Shown here in pieces: positions 1-10,185 of a stretch of 64,000 nucleotides of DNA. This stretch comes from Nostoc sp. DedSLP01 (lineage in GTDB: Bacteria; Cyanobacteriota; Cyanobacteriia; Cyanobacteriales; Nostocaceae). Numbering within the stretch: the stretch's first letter is position 1; every line of letters starts with the position of its first letter. A program made the translations under genes and the position numbers. Below the pieces are notes generated by a model. That model saw only the letters and a list, made by a program, of their open reading frames with translations. It did not search any database and was not told the origin of the DNA. The stretch spans positions 192,001 to 256,000 of the forward strand of contig JAVRCJ020000001.1 of the NCBI GenBank assembly GCA_034530875.2, read 5' to 3'.

Positions 1-965
1 GTGCATCTATAAGACAGATGATTAACTTGTGGAATGAAAATTATGGCATTGGCATACAAAATTCCACTCAATATTTCCGCACTGACAAGAACTTTGCTTG
101 GTACAAAGGTGGCGCTCATAATGACACTGAACTAAGCCCTGGTGATAAAGGAACAGTACAGATGGTCATCAAAGATAGCAATGTCGGGATTGGCACGGCG
201 GCTCCAAGCCATAAGTTTCATGTTCTAGCATCAGACGCAGTAGGCTTATTTGAATCAAGCGGCAAAGAAGCTTACTTACGACTTTCAAGCAAAGAAGGAT
301 TTGATAATCGGGTAGAAATTACCAATCGGCCTGGTGGACGATTGAGCTTGTGGACAGCAGGAGGAGGTGACGTATTAAACATCACAAAAGATGGCAATGT
401 GGGTATTGGGACAACGAGTCCTGGTGCAAAGTTAGAGGTGAATGGCGATTTAAAACTCAAGACTAATGTGAATGAATTGACAATGTACGTAGATGGCGAC
501 GGCTTACTATTTAAAGTATTGAACTCATTTCAAGGTAAAGCTAATAGCAATAGAGTAATCAAATGGGATGGTGACAATAATTGGGATTCTGTCTCTGATG
601 TCCGATTAAAAACAAATATCGAAAATGAAGGTAATATCTTGAGCCGTTTAATGCAATTAGATGTCAAAAATTATCATTGGAAAGATAATCCTGATGCTCA
701 AACTAAAAAAATTGGTTTCATAGCACAAGATGTTCAGCCTTTATTTCCATCTATAGTTGGCGAAATAAAAAATCAAGAAAGTAGTGAAACAACGCTAACG
801 TTAAAATATTCTGAGTTTGGCATATTAGCAATAGGAGGATTAAAAGAGTTTAAAACTGAAATAGATTGGCAACTTGCAAAAATCAAAACTGATATGAATG
901 ATGAACTTAATGAACTCAAAAATCAGATTCAAAAATTGAGTAATTTAAGTAATATTAAGATATAA
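1..965 (+). CDS. eCIS/phage-like tail fibre, C-terminal part, with peptidase S74 intramolecular chaperone; 5' end lies outside the window
   Basis: Frame is open from base 3 (ASIRQMINLW). It has NVGIGTxxP fibre repeats, an SDVRLKTNI S74 cleavage motif, IGFIAQDV and a C-terminal coiled coil. Confidence 0.85.
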   Translation, partial: ASIRQMINLWNENYGIGIQNSTQYFRTDKNFAWYKGGAHNDTELSPGDKGTVQMVIKDSNVGIGTAAPSHKFHVLASDAVGLFESSGKEAYLRLSSKEGFDNRVEITNRPGGRLSLWTAGGGDVLNITKDGNVGIGTTSPGAKLEVNGDLKLKTNVNELTMYVDGDGLLFKVLNSFQGKANSNRVIKWDGDNNWDSVSDVRLKTNIENEGNILSRLMQLDVKNYHWKDNPDAQTKKIGFIAQDVQPLFPSIVGEIKNQESSETTLTLKYSEFGILAIGGLKEFKTEIDWQLAKIKTDMNDELNELKNQIQKLSNLSNIKI

Positions 966-977
966 AAATTAAAAAAT

Positions 978-1190
978 ATGAAAAAACAACTCGAACAACG
1001 CCTTGCACAACTCAAATCCGAATTTGCATCAGGACAAAAAGTCCTCGCAGATTTAGAAGCCAAACAAGTAAACGTCCGGGAAACTTTACTCCGCATTCAA
1101 GGAGCGATTCAAGTATTAGAAGAAGAACTAACGAAAAATAATGCTGCTGCATCTGAAGAGGTTTTAGAAACAGAGGAAACAGGGAGTTAA
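978..1190 (+). CDS. Small coiled-coil protein of the eCIS locus
   Basis: 70 aa heptad-rich ORF tightly spaced between fibre and baseplate genes. Confidence 0.7.
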   Translation: MKKQLEQRLAQLKSEFASGQKVLADLEAKQVNVRETLLRIQGAIQVLEEELTKNNAAASEEVLETEETGS

Positions 1191-1217
1191 ATCGCTAGCC
1201 AAAACTATATAATTACT

Positions 1218-3599
1218 ATGACTGAACACTTGACTATCTCCAGTAGTCTCCCAGAACATCCTGGGATGAATTTTGCTTTGTTGCGACAAGAAGGTATAAA
1301 GCACATTGAACGCCTAGCAGGGAAACTGTGGACAGATTACAATACCCACGATCCTGGGATCGCTATCCTAGAACAGCTCTGCTATGCCATCACGGATTTA
1401 AGCTATCGGCTTGACTTCGAGATGAAAGATTTGCTTGCACCTTCTCCTGAAGAAAACAGAAAACAGTTTTTCACAGCCAGAGAAATTCTCACTGTTAATC
1501 CCCTCACAATTAATGATTATCGGAAACTATTAATTGATATTGATGGTGTTAAAAATGCTTGGTTAGAACCCATCAAGAATCCACAACTTCCCATTTATTA
1601 CGATTTAATTCTTCATACATTAAGTTTTAAAGCTTCTGATTTCACTGAAGAAATCAATTTAAATGGGCTTTATCGGGTAATGGTTGAAAAAGAAAAGAAT
1701 ATATCTGATGAAGCCAGTTTATTAGAAAAAATAAAAACTAAACTTAATCAACATCGTAACCTTTGTGAAGATTTTGCTTCAATCGAAATACTATCCATTG
1801 AAGAAATTACCATCAAAACTGAGATAGAAGTAGAAGAAGGCTTTGATGTCAATGAATTAATGGCAAAGATATATTTTGGTTTAGATAATTTTATTTCTCC
1901 TAACTTACAGTTCTTCACTTTAAAAGAACTATTAGACCGAGGTAAAACTCCTGAAGAAATTTTTGATGGTTTTCCGCTGGAGCACGGCTTCCTTGATGAC
2001 GAAAAAATTGAGAGTTTCAATAAAAAAGATGAACTCCATAGTTCTGATTTGATTAAAATTATTTTAGATATTCCAGGAACAAAAACAGTTAGAAATATTA
2101 GTATTTCAAGCAACAATTCATCAGAATTAGAAGAATGGGCTTTAGCATTAGATCGCAATCTAACACCCCAACTCAAAGATATAGAGAGCCTGGCAAATAA
2201 TATTACTTTTTATAAAGGACAAATTCCGTGTAATTTGAACCTGGCTAAAGCCAAAATTTATTTAGAATTATTACAACAGCAAAATACAAAATCTGGATCG
2301 ACTACACAAATAAAAGATATCCCCATCCCTCAAGGACAATATCGAGAATTATCTGAATATGAATCAATCCAAAACGATTTTCCTGCTAATTACGGTATTG
2401 GAGAATTAGGTTTACCTGCTTCCGCTTCTCCTTTACGCAAAGCTCAAGCGAAGCAGCTGCAAGCGTATTTAATGTTTTTCGATCGCCTTTTAGCTAACTA
2501 CTTTGCTCAATTAGAACGCGCTAAAGATTTATTCGATTTTCAAAATAATAATAAGATAACTTACTTCTCTCAAGATATCTCTCAGATTCCAGGTGCAGCC
2601 GAACTCTTAAAGATTGATAATAATTCCTCAGCAGTTCAATGGAATGACACCGATTTAGAAAGAAAAAACCGTTTTCTGAATTATTTAATAGCACAGTATT
2701 GTGAAAAATTTACAGATTATTCTTTACTTTTATATAACTCAACCCTGGAAGAAAAGCTAATTAATAATAAAGTTACTTTTTTACAAAACTATCCTCAAAT
2801 TAGTGCCGAAAGAGGTAAAGCATTTAATTACACTGATTCTAGTCAAGTTTGGGATACAGACAACGTATCGGGACTCAAAAAAAGAATTTGCAGTTTAATC
2901 GGGATTCCCTACAAGCGGCAAACTTTAGCTCTCTCTGATGAATCGAATCAAACTGAAGGATTCCATATAGTCGAGCATATTTTACTTCGTCCTTATAGCA
3001 ACCAAAATTCCGAGCAAAACCCTAATTTTTTAAATTTTGGTCATCAAATTTCGGAATTTAAAGCCAGCACAGTTTCAAACAAAATAGTAACTTGCGTTTC
3101 TCAGCAACACGGACTCGATAACAACGAGCAAATAGAAATATTTGACACAGATAATTATAATGGAATTTATTTCATTACCAATGTTCAACAAGATACATTC
3201 GATATAGAAATAGAAACGGGATTTACAAAATCAGAACAAGGACAATGGGTAGAAGTAAACCGACCCCTAGATCCTTACTCTTTCCAAATTAGTTTTGTAT
3301 TCCCTAACTGGAGGTTTCAAAATGAAAACTTTAGAAAACTAATTTATAACATTATCAGTGCAGAAATACCCGCACACATAACTCCTTATTACTACTGGCT
3401 AGATAAATCGGAAATGCAAGATTTTGAGAGGTCTTATACTTATTGGTTGAACACAATTGTCAATAAAGATGCTTCACCTGAGGATATTAAGAGTACAAGT
3501 AATAACCTGATTAAAGCCTTGAAAATTGCTAGTGTTGAGATAAGAGAATTTAGCGTTCTTGGATATATGACTATCGGTACTGATTTTGTAGTGAGTTAA
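1218..3599 (+). CDS. eCIS baseplate wedge protein (Afp11/12-like)
   Basis: WTDYNTHDPG..ILEQLCYAITDL, HRNLCEDF, QLQAYLMFFD, EGFHIVEHILLRP, DPYSFQISFVFP and EIPAHI motifs, typical of CIS baseplate proteins. Confidence 0.8.
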   Translation: MTEHLTISSSLPEHPGMNFALLRQEGIKHIERLAGKLWTDYNTHDPGIAILEQLCYAITDLSYRLDFEMKDLLAPSPEENRKQFFTAREILTVNPLTINDYRKLLIDIDGVKNAWLEPIKNPQLPIYYDLILHTLSFKASDFTEEINLNGLYRVMVEKEKNISDEASLLEKIKTKLNQHRNLCEDFASIEILSIEEITIKTEIEVEEGFDVNELMAKIYFGLDNFISPNLQFFTLKELLDRGKTPEEIFDGFPLEHGFLDDEKIESFNKKDELHSSDLIKIILDIPGTKTVRNISISSNNSSELEEWALALDRNLTPQLKDIESLANNITFYKGQIPCNLNLAKAKIYLELLQQQNTKSGSTTQIKDIPIPQGQYRELSEYESIQNDFPANYGIGELGLPASASPLRKAQAKQLQAYLMFFDRLLANYFAQLERAKDLFDFQNNNKITYFSQDISQIPGAAELLKIDNNSSAVQWNDTDLERKNRFLNYLIAQYCEKFTDYSLLLYNSTLEEKLINNKVTFLQNYPQISAERGKAFNYTDSSQVWDTDNVSGLKKRICSLIGIPYKRQTLALSDESNQTEGFHIVEHILLRPYSNQNSEQNPNFLNFGHQISEFKASTVSNKIVTCVSQQHGLDNNEQIEIFDTDNYNGIYFITNVQQDTFDIEIETGFTKSEQGQWVEVNRPLDPYSFQISFVFPNWRFQNENFRKLIYNIISAEIPAHITPYYYWLDKSEMQDFERSYTYWLNTIVNKDASPEDIKSTSNNLIKALKIASVEIREFSVLGYMTIGTDFVVS

Positions 3600-3608
3600 T
3601 TAAAGCTT

Positions 3609-5474
3609 TTGCAAGTGAATCAACAACGACATTTGATTAAAAAACAGGTTATAGAACTTAATTTGAGTTCGCAAGAAGGTGCTTTTGAACTGCAAAATGA
3701 ATTAAGCAGAATATATCGCTATAAAATTATTGGTCTCATCGATCGCGTGTTGAGTGAGTTCAGCAGTGCAGAGATAATATACAGAATTAATACATTAGAA
3801 CTTAATTTAGGAAATATTGATATTAATAATCTTGAAGATGAATTTATTAATAAATTCATAGAAAAATTTCGGCAACAATTACCAGAAACAATTCATATAT
3901 CAACTTCTATATTGTCAGGACATACGCAATCTAACACTAACTTACACGAATCTTCAAAGCTGGTTCTTAAAACAGCGGTTTTGTCTAGTGAAACAGGTGC
4001 AGAGAAAGCGAAAAATCAACGAGAGAATCAAGTCAACTCTGTGGATGTAACTTGGAATGAAAAACTATCCGATCGCCATCAACCCAGAGTAGCAGAAACC
4101 GCCGATAAAAAAGCTTTAGAATTAGAGATTTTTAGCTACTTTATTCAAACAGGTATGCTACCTTGGTGGAGTAAAAAATTAAGCAAACAAGAGTTAGAAG
4201 AATGTTGCGATCGCCTCATAGCAAATTCCCCAAATAAAATTAAATCTCTTCTCGAGCAAAATTTTAAAGATATCAACCAATTGCAGCGCCTTATTTACCA
4301 ATTTTCTGATGAAATCCTCCTGAAAATAGTAAAATTATTTACTGCTGATTTAGTCCAGTTTATTGCAGACTACAATACAGACACAAAGCTTATTTTTCAA
4401 CGGTTAGAGCAGACTAGAAATATTCCAGAAGCAAAATTGAGATTGGAGAAATGGCAAGGAATATTTGTCAGCCTAGTCTCAGAGACTAATATTCAACTAA
4501 ATAAACTTAAATTAATCCAAGCAAATTTATTACACATTGCTACAAGTAATGCAATTAACTATTCTGAGCTTATAAACAGCCTTGTTGCCAAAATTGACTA
4601 TCTAATCAAACAAGGAAATCACTTTAACAGTAACCTTCCAGAAATATTAACGTTAATCCAAAAACCTAGCGAAGATACACAGATTGTTAGAGAATACCAA
4701 CAAGCAAAGCTATTATTAAGTGAGTTACAAAAACTAAGCCTCAATCGCCAGATATCACTGCAATATACACAGCAAATCAATCAACTTAAGCATGAGATTC
4801 AAATATTACTCAGTGAGATAAAAAATTCTGTTCTACCACAGAGCCAACCCTACCATATAACAACACATTTGAATCAACTTTTGCAAATTACTCAAACTCT
4901 GAAAATTAAAGTTAAACAAGAAAGTAATTCCCAACAAATTACAATTACAAATACTATCAATACTTTTAGCGATTGTAATGAATTTTATATTTACAATGCC
5001 GGATTAATTTTGTTATGGCCATTTATAAATCGTTTTTTTGTCAAAATAGGACTCGTACAAGAAAATAATTTTATTAACATCATATCTAGGAAACGAGCAA
5101 GCCTTTTACTTCAGTATTTAGCTGATACTTCAATAGAATCACCAGAACATATTTTACCCTTAAACAAAATACTTTGCGGCATAGATTTATTAGAACCTAT
5201 AGACGCCAATTTAGAAATTACTGCAAGCGAAATAGTAGAATGTGAAAATTTGTTATCTGCTGTGATTCAAAAGTGGCCGATTTTAAAAAAAACATCTGTA
5301 GAAGGGTTTAGAAAAGCTTTTTTGCAGAGAAACGGTATTTTGAGAGTTCATGATAATGGATGGCTGCTACAGGTTGAACGTGAAACTTACGATGTTTTGT
5401 TAGATAAAATTCCTTGGAGTATACGCGTTATTAAACTGCCGTGGATGGACAACATTTTATACGTAGAGTGGTAG
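3609..5474 (+). CDS. Contractile injection system tape-measure protein (Afp14-like)
   Basis: N-terminal HLIKKQVIEL...LELNLG, TGMLPWW, and C-terminal NAGLILLWPF...LNKILCG...FLQRNG...DVLLDKIPW...KLPWM...VEW. Confidence 0.85.
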   Translation: MQVNQQRHLIKKQVIELNLSSQEGAFELQNELSRIYRYKIIGLIDRVLSEFSSAEIIYRINTLELNLGNIDINNLEDEFINKFIEKFRQQLPETIHISTSILSGHTQSNTNLHESSKLVLKTAVLSSETGAEKAKNQRENQVNSVDVTWNEKLSDRHQPRVAETADKKALELEIFSYFIQTGMLPWWSKKLSKQELEECCDRLIANSPNKIKSLLEQNFKDINQLQRLIYQFSDEILLKIVKLFTADLVQFIADYNTDTKLIFQRLEQTRNIPEAKLRLEKWQGIFVSLVSETNIQLNKLKLIQANLLHIATSNAINYSELINSLVAKIDYLIKQGNHFNSNLPEILTLIQKPSEDTQIVREYQQAKLLLSELQKLSLNRQISLQYTQQINQLKHEIQILLSEIKNSVLPQSQPYHITTHLNQLLQITQTLKIKVKQESNSQQITITNTINTFSDCNEFYIYNAGLILLWPFINRFFVKIGLVQENNFINIISRKRASLLLQYLADTSIESPEHILPLNKILCGIDLLEPIDANLEITASEIVECENLLSAVIQKWPILKKTSVEGFRKAFLQRNGILRVHDNGWLLQVERETYDVLLDKIPWSIRVIKLPWMDNILYVEW

Positions 5475-5485
5475 AAAGATGGCGA

Positions 5486-5558
5486 TACCGAGTTGCGTTC
5501 AAAAATATTAGTTTGGGGAAGCAGGGGGAAAAATACTACATTTGATTGCAACTTGGTA
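5486..5558. repeat. Short IR-bounded repeat element / hairpin after the eCIS locus
   Basis: ATACCGAGTTGC ... GCAACTTGGTAT inverted repeat with 1 mismatch. Confidence 0.5.
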
Positions 5559-5786
5559 TAATCAATAATTTTTGGGGGACAACTGGTGGGGCTGCCATTA
5601 AATGCACTTAGACCTGATGCTTGTCAGCATACCTTCAGCACATGGGCTATTACTAGCTGTATTACTTGTGGCGTCGCAACCTAGTTGATGCTGAGTACCC
5701 TGATTTTTGATGCCGGACAAGACAAGCTGCTACTTAAATGCTACTTATAAGAATGAATTAACAAGTCGCAAATAGATTTATAAAAT

Positions 5787-7622
5787 ATGACTAACTTTAT
5801 TAAACAAACTCTTGCTAGTTTAATTGGCAGCTTACTAGGACTAATTATTTTCGCCGGTCTGGGAACCAGCGGACTGTTTTTCTTGCTGTTGGCTGCTACC
5901 TCCTCTAAAGATACCGGGCCGCAAGTCAAAGATAAGTCAATGTTGGTTTTTGATTTGTCGATGAAAATTAGTGATGGCGAACCTAATTCTGGCGAATTCT
6001 TTCAGAACGCACTCTCAAATGTGGGCGAAGAGAGAATGACACTGCGCAAAATTATGGAAACCTTGGACAAGGCTAGACGCGATCCGCGAATTGTAGGTAT
6101 CTATCTGGATGGGAGCCGCACAAGTGACACTACTGGTATCGGTTATGCTTCTTTGAAGGAAATCCGCGAAGCTCTAGAGCAATTTCGCGCTAGTGGGAAA
6201 AAGATTGTCGCTTATGGCAGTAATTGGAGCGAAAAGGAATATTATCTCAGTTCGGCAGCAAATTCCATCATCCTTAATCCCTTAGGGTTGATGGAAGTTA
6301 ACGGTTTGAGTTCACAGATGATGTTTTTAACGGGAGCATTCCAGAAGTATGGTATTGGGGTGCAAATTGTGCGGGTGGGCAAATTTAAGGGAGCTGTTGA
6401 ACCGTTAATCCTGACAAAGTTGAGTCCAGAAAACCGCGAACAAACTCAGAAATTATTGGATGATGTCTGGGGAGAATGGCGCAATGTTGTGGCTGCGAGT
6501 CGGAAAATTCAACCAGAAAAATTACAGGCGATCGCAGACGAACAAGCTGTGTTAGAAGCAACACAAGCAAAAAGCAGCGGTTTGGTAGACCAAGTAGCAT
6601 ACCCCGATGAAGTGGTAGCTGACCTGAAAAAGCTAACAAGTAGCGACAAAGAAGACAAAACATTCCGGCAAATTAACTTGAATGATTACGCCCAAGTTTC
6701 CGGTAAGTCTTTGGGTGTAGAACGCGACTCAAAAAATAAAATTGCCGTTGTTTATGCTGAAGGCGAGATTGTCGATGGTAGAGGGGAAGATGGCGAAATA
6801 GGAGGCGATCGCTTTGCGAAAATCTTTAACAGACTGCGGCAAGATAAAGATATCAAAGCAGTTGTCCTGCGAATTAATAGCCCCGGTGGTAGCGCTACCG
6901 CAGCCGAAGTTATACAGCGAGAAGTGAAATTAACTCGCCAAGAAAAACCAGTTGTAGTATCGATGGGCGATACCGCCGCCTCTGGTGGTTATTGGATTGC
7001 TAGCGACTCTAACAAAATTTTTGCCCAACCAAATACAATTACAGGTTCAATTGGGGTATTTGGGGTACTGTTTAATGGACAAAAATTGGCCAGTGACAAT
7101 GGTATTACCTGGGATTCAGTAAAAACAGGACGCTATGCAGACGTACAAACAGTTTCCCGCCCGAAATCACCCCAAGAGTTAGCACTTTACCAACGCAGCG
7201 TTGACCGAATTTATAATATGTTTCTCAACAAAGTTTCTCAAGGTCGGAAACTCCCAGAACAAAAAGTTGCAGAAATTGCCCAAGGACGAGTTTGGTCGGG
7301 TGTGGCGGCCAAGGAAATTGGTTTAGTGGATGATATTGGCGGTTTAGATGCTGCGATCGCTTTTGCTGTTAAAGAAGCCAAACTAGGAGAAGATTGGGAA
7401 TTACAAGAATATCCTCGTTTTAGTAGCTTCGGAGAACGCTTTTTTGGACGAGCAACTCAAGAGGTACAGAATACTTTAGAAATTGAGCCAACCCAAGTCA
7501 AAAAATCTAATCCTCTGAATGCTGAATTCCAGAAATTGCAACAAGAAATCCAAATTCTGCAAAAAATGAACGACCCACAGGGAATTTATGCCCGTTTACC
7601 TTTCAATTTGAAAATTGAGTAG
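5787..7622 (+). CDS. sppA: Signal peptide peptidase SppA, long (67K) type
   Basis: N-terminal TM, tandem S49 domains, LRINSPGGS, AASGGYWI, TGSIGV. Confidence 0.95.
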   Translation: MTNFIKQTLASLIGSLLGLIIFAGLGTSGLFFLLLAATSSKDTGPQVKDKSMLVFDLSMKISDGEPNSGEFFQNALSNVGEERMTLRKIMETLDKARRDPRIVGIYLDGSRTSDTTGIGYASLKEIREALEQFRASGKKIVAYGSNWSEKEYYLSSAANSIILNPLGLMEVNGLSSQMMFLTGAFQKYGIGVQIVRVGKFKGAVEPLILTKLSPENREQTQKLLDDVWGEWRNVVAASRKIQPEKLQAIADEQAVLEATQAKSSGLVDQVAYPDEVVADLKKLTSSDKEDKTFRQINLNDYAQVSGKSLGVERDSKNKIAVVYAEGEIVDGRGEDGEIGGDRFAKIFNRLRQDKDIKAVVLRINSPGGSATAAEVIQREVKLTRQEKPVVVSMGDTAASGGYWIASDSNKIFAQPNTITGSIGVFGVLFNGQKLASDNGITWDSVKTGRYADVQTVSRPKSPQELALYQRSVDRIYNMFLNKVSQGRKLPEQKVAEIAQGRVWSGVAAKEIGLVDDIGGLDAAIAFAVKEAKLGEDWELQEYPRFSSFGERFFGRATQEVQNTLEIEPTQVKKSNPLNAEFQKLQQEIQILQKMNDPQGIYARLPFNLKIE

Positions 7623-7836
7623 TGCTAAAACCACTACGCAGATATCTTCTCGGTAAAGTATATCAGTTATCAAAATTACCGATTTAGAGATAGATGCAAT
7701 GTGGGGTGTCTACAATAGCACCCCAGATTATCAAGATTTCTAATGTCAGTAGATTACAAAGTTCTCTGTTTAGGCTGGGTGTAGGGTGTAGGGAAAAGAC
7801 ATCTCCAGAAATTAATTCTGCGTTACCCGAAATACT

Positions 7837-7865
7837 TGTAGAGACGTAGCAATGCTACGTCTCTA
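7837..7865. repeat. GTAG-type REP-like palindrome between convergent genes; possible terminator
   Basis: TAGAGACGTAGCA-A-TGCTACGTCTCTA, a perfect 13-bp stem. Confidence 0.75.
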
Positions 7866-7897
7866 AATTCATTTTCACCAAATGTCTCTAATTAATT

Positions 7898-9988
7898 TTA
7901 AACAACAGTAAAATTGCTGTTGGTTAATGATAGCCCAGTAGATAGTTGTGCAAATTGTACTTTATTGAACGCACCCGCACTACCATCAGAGTCAAAGAAC
8001 AATGCACCTGTAGTCGAGTTATAGATAAATCTCTGAGCGCCCGTGGTTGCAGATGTACCGATTGTAAATTGACTAGCTTTGAGTACGCCTAGTGATAAGC
8101 CGCCACCAAAACCACTAGCCGATACTCGAATGACTTCGTTAGTGGCGTTAAAGTCAAAAATGCGATCGCTACCTTCATTGAAACTATCGAAAACAAAGGT
8201 ATCAATACCACTTCCTCCATAAAGGCGATCGTTACCTTTGCCACCTGTGAGGGTATCATTACCATTTCCACCTTTGAGGGTGTTTTTACCAATGGAATTA
8301 AGCGCGATGAGAGTATCATTTCCATCCCCACCATCGAGTAAATTATCACCTGATGAAGAGTTAACAATCAAGCGATCGCTACCTGCACCACCGTTGAGAG
8401 TGTTATTGCCAGATGTCCTACGATCCATCTGGTTATCAAAATCGTAATAGTAACCAGAACCTGCGATCGTATCGTTACCATCGCCACCATTGAGTAGGTT
8501 ATCTCCTGTTGAATAATCAAAATTCAAAGAATCGTTACCAGCACCACCATTGAGGGTGTTATTACCATCTGTGGTATGGAAACCTCCTTGGATGTCGTAA
8601 GTGTAACCAGAAGCCGAAAGATAATCGTTGCCATCATCACCAGACACCAAATTATCGCCTTCTGAAATGCTGATATTCAAAGTATCATCACCAGCTCCAC
8701 CATTGAGGGTATTATTACCGTAAGTGCGATCGGTTCCTCTAAAGCCAGACTGTATCCCAGAGGCAGAGAGATAATCATTACCATAGCTACCATTGAGTAC
8801 GTTGTTGCCTCCTGAATAGTTGGCAATCAAACTATCATTACCAATGCCACCATTGAGGGTGTTATTGCCGATACTATTTGAAACGCCAAGAAAATCATTG
8901 CCATCACCACCATCCAGCAAATTGTTATCTTCTGAATAGTTGGCTGTCAAAGTATCATAACCAGCACCACCATCAAGGATATTCTTGCCAGAGGTCACAT
9001 AGCCTCCACGTTCGTTAACGTAGAAACTAGACACAGAAAGCACATCGTTGCCATTACCTCCCAGCAGTAGGTTGTCCCCTGCTGAATACCCAGCATCTAA
9101 TGTATCGTTACCAGCCCCACCATTGAGGGTGTTGTTACCTAAGATGGGATCGACTTCTATGAAGCCTCCTGAGCTATCCACTAAGCCAGAGGCAGATAGA
9201 AAATCATTACCATCGCCTCCATCTAGCAAGTTATTGCCTGTTAAGTCAGCGGTCAAACTATCATCACCGCTACCACCAACAAGGGAGTTATTGCCTGCAT
9301 CACCACGCAGTATGTCATTACCAATACCACCAATGAGAGTATCATTCCCCGTACCACCTCTCAAAAGGTCGTTGCCACTTTTGCCATCGATTTTGTCATT
9401 ACCCCCCTGACCATTTACCACATCATTTGAGTTGTCTAAACCTGTAATGTTGTTAGCGAGGTCATTGAGGAAAGTTACCGTATTCTTGATGCCGATGCTT
9501 GTTTCAGTGGAGTTGGCATCCAGAACATTAAAACTATCGGTAATGCTACTTTCTCCATCAAAGATAATATTGCCAATGGCTGGTTTGTTACTAGAGGCTT
9601 TCAGGTTCTCTAAGTTTTCTAGTTTGAAGTTTTTCAGGATAATTTTCGCGTCATCTACTCCTTCAAAGCTAATTTCTAAGGTTGTGCCATTCTGGGTGAG
9701 CAGCAAATTTCGTACAGTCAAACCACTGCCAATGAATTTGATGGTATCGACTTCGGCAATAACTGCTGCTGTTGGATTTGTTCCTTTACCGATGCCACCG
9801 AAATCAGTAATAGTATCAGTGCCGTCACTCAAGTTATAAACAAATTTATCCTTGCCACCACCACCAGTCAGGGTGTCGTTGTCAAGGCGGCCTGTGATGG
9901 TATCATTCCCGGCTTTACCATTAATTGTGTCGCTACTGTCAGTGCCTATTAGGGTATCATCTGACTTAGTTCCAATGATATTTGACAT
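7898..9988 (-). CDS. RTX (GGxGxD) calcium-binding secreted protein, paralogue 1
   Basis: Many GGxGNDxL nonapeptides and a C-terminal DxIxDF...ALFFDSDG T1SS-type tail. Confidence 0.9.
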   Translation of the reverse strand: MSNIIGTKSDDTLIGTDSSDTINGKAGNDTITGRLDNDTLTGGGGKDKFVYNLSDGTDTITDFGGIGKGTNPTAAVIAEVDTIKFIGSGLTVRNLLLTQNGTTLEISFEGVDDAKIILKNFKLENLENLKASSNKPAIGNIIFDGESSITDSFNVLDANSTETSIGIKNTVTFLNDLANNITGLDNSNDVVNGQGGNDKIDGKSGNDLLRGGTGNDTLIGGIGNDILRGDAGNNSLVGGSGDDSLTADLTGNNLLDGGDGNDFLSASGLVDSSGGFIEVDPILGNNTLNGGAGNDTLDAGYSAGDNLLLGGNGNDVLSVSSFYVNERGGYVTSGKNILDGGAGYDTLTANYSEDNNLLDGGDGNDFLGVSNSIGNNTLNGGIGNDSLIANYSGGNNVLNGSYGNDYLSASGIQSGFRGTDRTYGNNTLNGGAGDDTLNISISEGDNLVSGDDGNDYLSASGYTYDIQGGFHTTDGNNTLNGGAGNDSLNFDYSTGDNLLNGGDGNDTIAGSGYYYDFDNQMDRRTSGNNTLNGGAGSDRLIVNSSSGDNLLDGGDGNDTLIALNSIGKNTLKGGNGNDTLTGGKGNDRLYGGSGIDTFVFDSFNEGSDRIFDFNATNEVIRVSASGFGGGLSLGVLKASQFTIGTSATTGAQRFIYNSTTGALFFDSDGSAGAFNKVQFAQLSTGLSLTNSNFTVV

Positions 9989-10058
9989 AACTTTTTCCTA
10001 ACTGAATCGATGTTTTGGAGTAACTTTTAGTTCTCAAGGTGCTGTAAAGTTATGACCT

Positions 10059-10175
10059 GAATGTAAGTATTCAGGAGCCAGAATAGTTAAAAAATCAGAA
10101 TAAGATTTGATGAATGAATATCGAAACCATACTTAATTCTGACTTGGTGACTTCTGGGTGCTGAATTCTTACATT
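10059..10175. repeat. IR-bounded STRR-containing element
   Basis: AATGTAAGTATTCAG ... CTGAATTCTTACATT ends with degenerate TTCTGAC heptamers inside. Confidence 0.55.
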
Positions 10176-10185
10176 TGAATTAACT

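Noticed and set aside
5575..5740. GC-richer intergenic stretch upstream of sppA as a riboswitch or ncRNA (and minus ORF 5741-5929)
   Set aside because: Lacks the full TPP, cobalamin or c-di-GMP consensus. The ORF is antisense to sppA with no motif.
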